Below, piece after piece: positions 22,248 through 22,332 of a stretch of 22,332 nucleotides of DNA; the stretch's first letter is position 1, and every line of letters starts with the position of its first letter. A program made the translations under genes and the position numbers. The notes under the pieces were generated by a model that was not told where the DNA came from, made no database searches, and worked only from the letters and a program-made list of their open reading frames with translations. The stretch is from positions 62,001 to 84,332 of the forward strand of contig JAWLHK010000018.1 of the NCBI GenBank assembly GCA_041690355.1. Reading direction: 5' to 3'. Source of the DNA: a bacterium. GTDB taxonomy: Bacteria > J088 > JAWLBW01.

Positions 22248-22332
22248 ATGAAACGCTCGTTCATGTCCGTCGTCCTGGGCGCTGCCCTTGTTCTGCAAGC
22301 CTGCGCCGGGTCACAGGTGCGCGACAGGGATT
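22248..22332 (+). CDS. Start of a lipoprotein, probably secretin PilQ (truncated by the window edge)
   Basis: SD GAAGGAG; MKRSFMSVVLGAALVLQACAGSQVRDRD with lipobox LQA-C. The PilQ identity is inferred only from its position after pilP. Confidence 0.6.
   Translation, partial: MKRSFMSVVLGAALVLQACAGSQVRDRD

Overview
GC-rich bacterial chromosome segment; the gene content (HTH-pilMNOP(Q), surE-pcm-nlpD, hrpB) looks deltaproteobacterial (Myxococcota/Desulfobacterota-like), which is an inference. The left ~2.4 kb looks like a defence island. It holds a 114-codon ORF missing from the ORF track (343..<1, minus strand) that reads as the N-terminus of an Abi/UG-type reverse transcriptase, apparently translationally coupled to an Abi_C (HEPN-like) gene, followed by a MazEF-type toxin-antitoxin pair and an orphan HicB. 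The middle has accessory and housekeeping genes: CMD/HxlR pair, rpsU, alpha/beta hydrolase, hrpB, DsbA/FrnE, ABC-2 exporter, cupin, GNAT, STAS-like protein, c-type haem protein and a PlsC-like protein. These are interspersed with two related palindromic repeat families and several heptamer arrays. The right part carries surE-pcm-nlpD, tRNA-Arg(CCT) preceded by two copies of its own 5' end, aspS, and the start of a type IV pilus operon. Best leads: the Abi_C + RT pair, the hydrolase gene bracketed by 179-bp direct repeats, the tRNA 5'-end triplication, and a recurrent leaderless-gene signature. All family calls come from motif recognition by eye; no searches were run.
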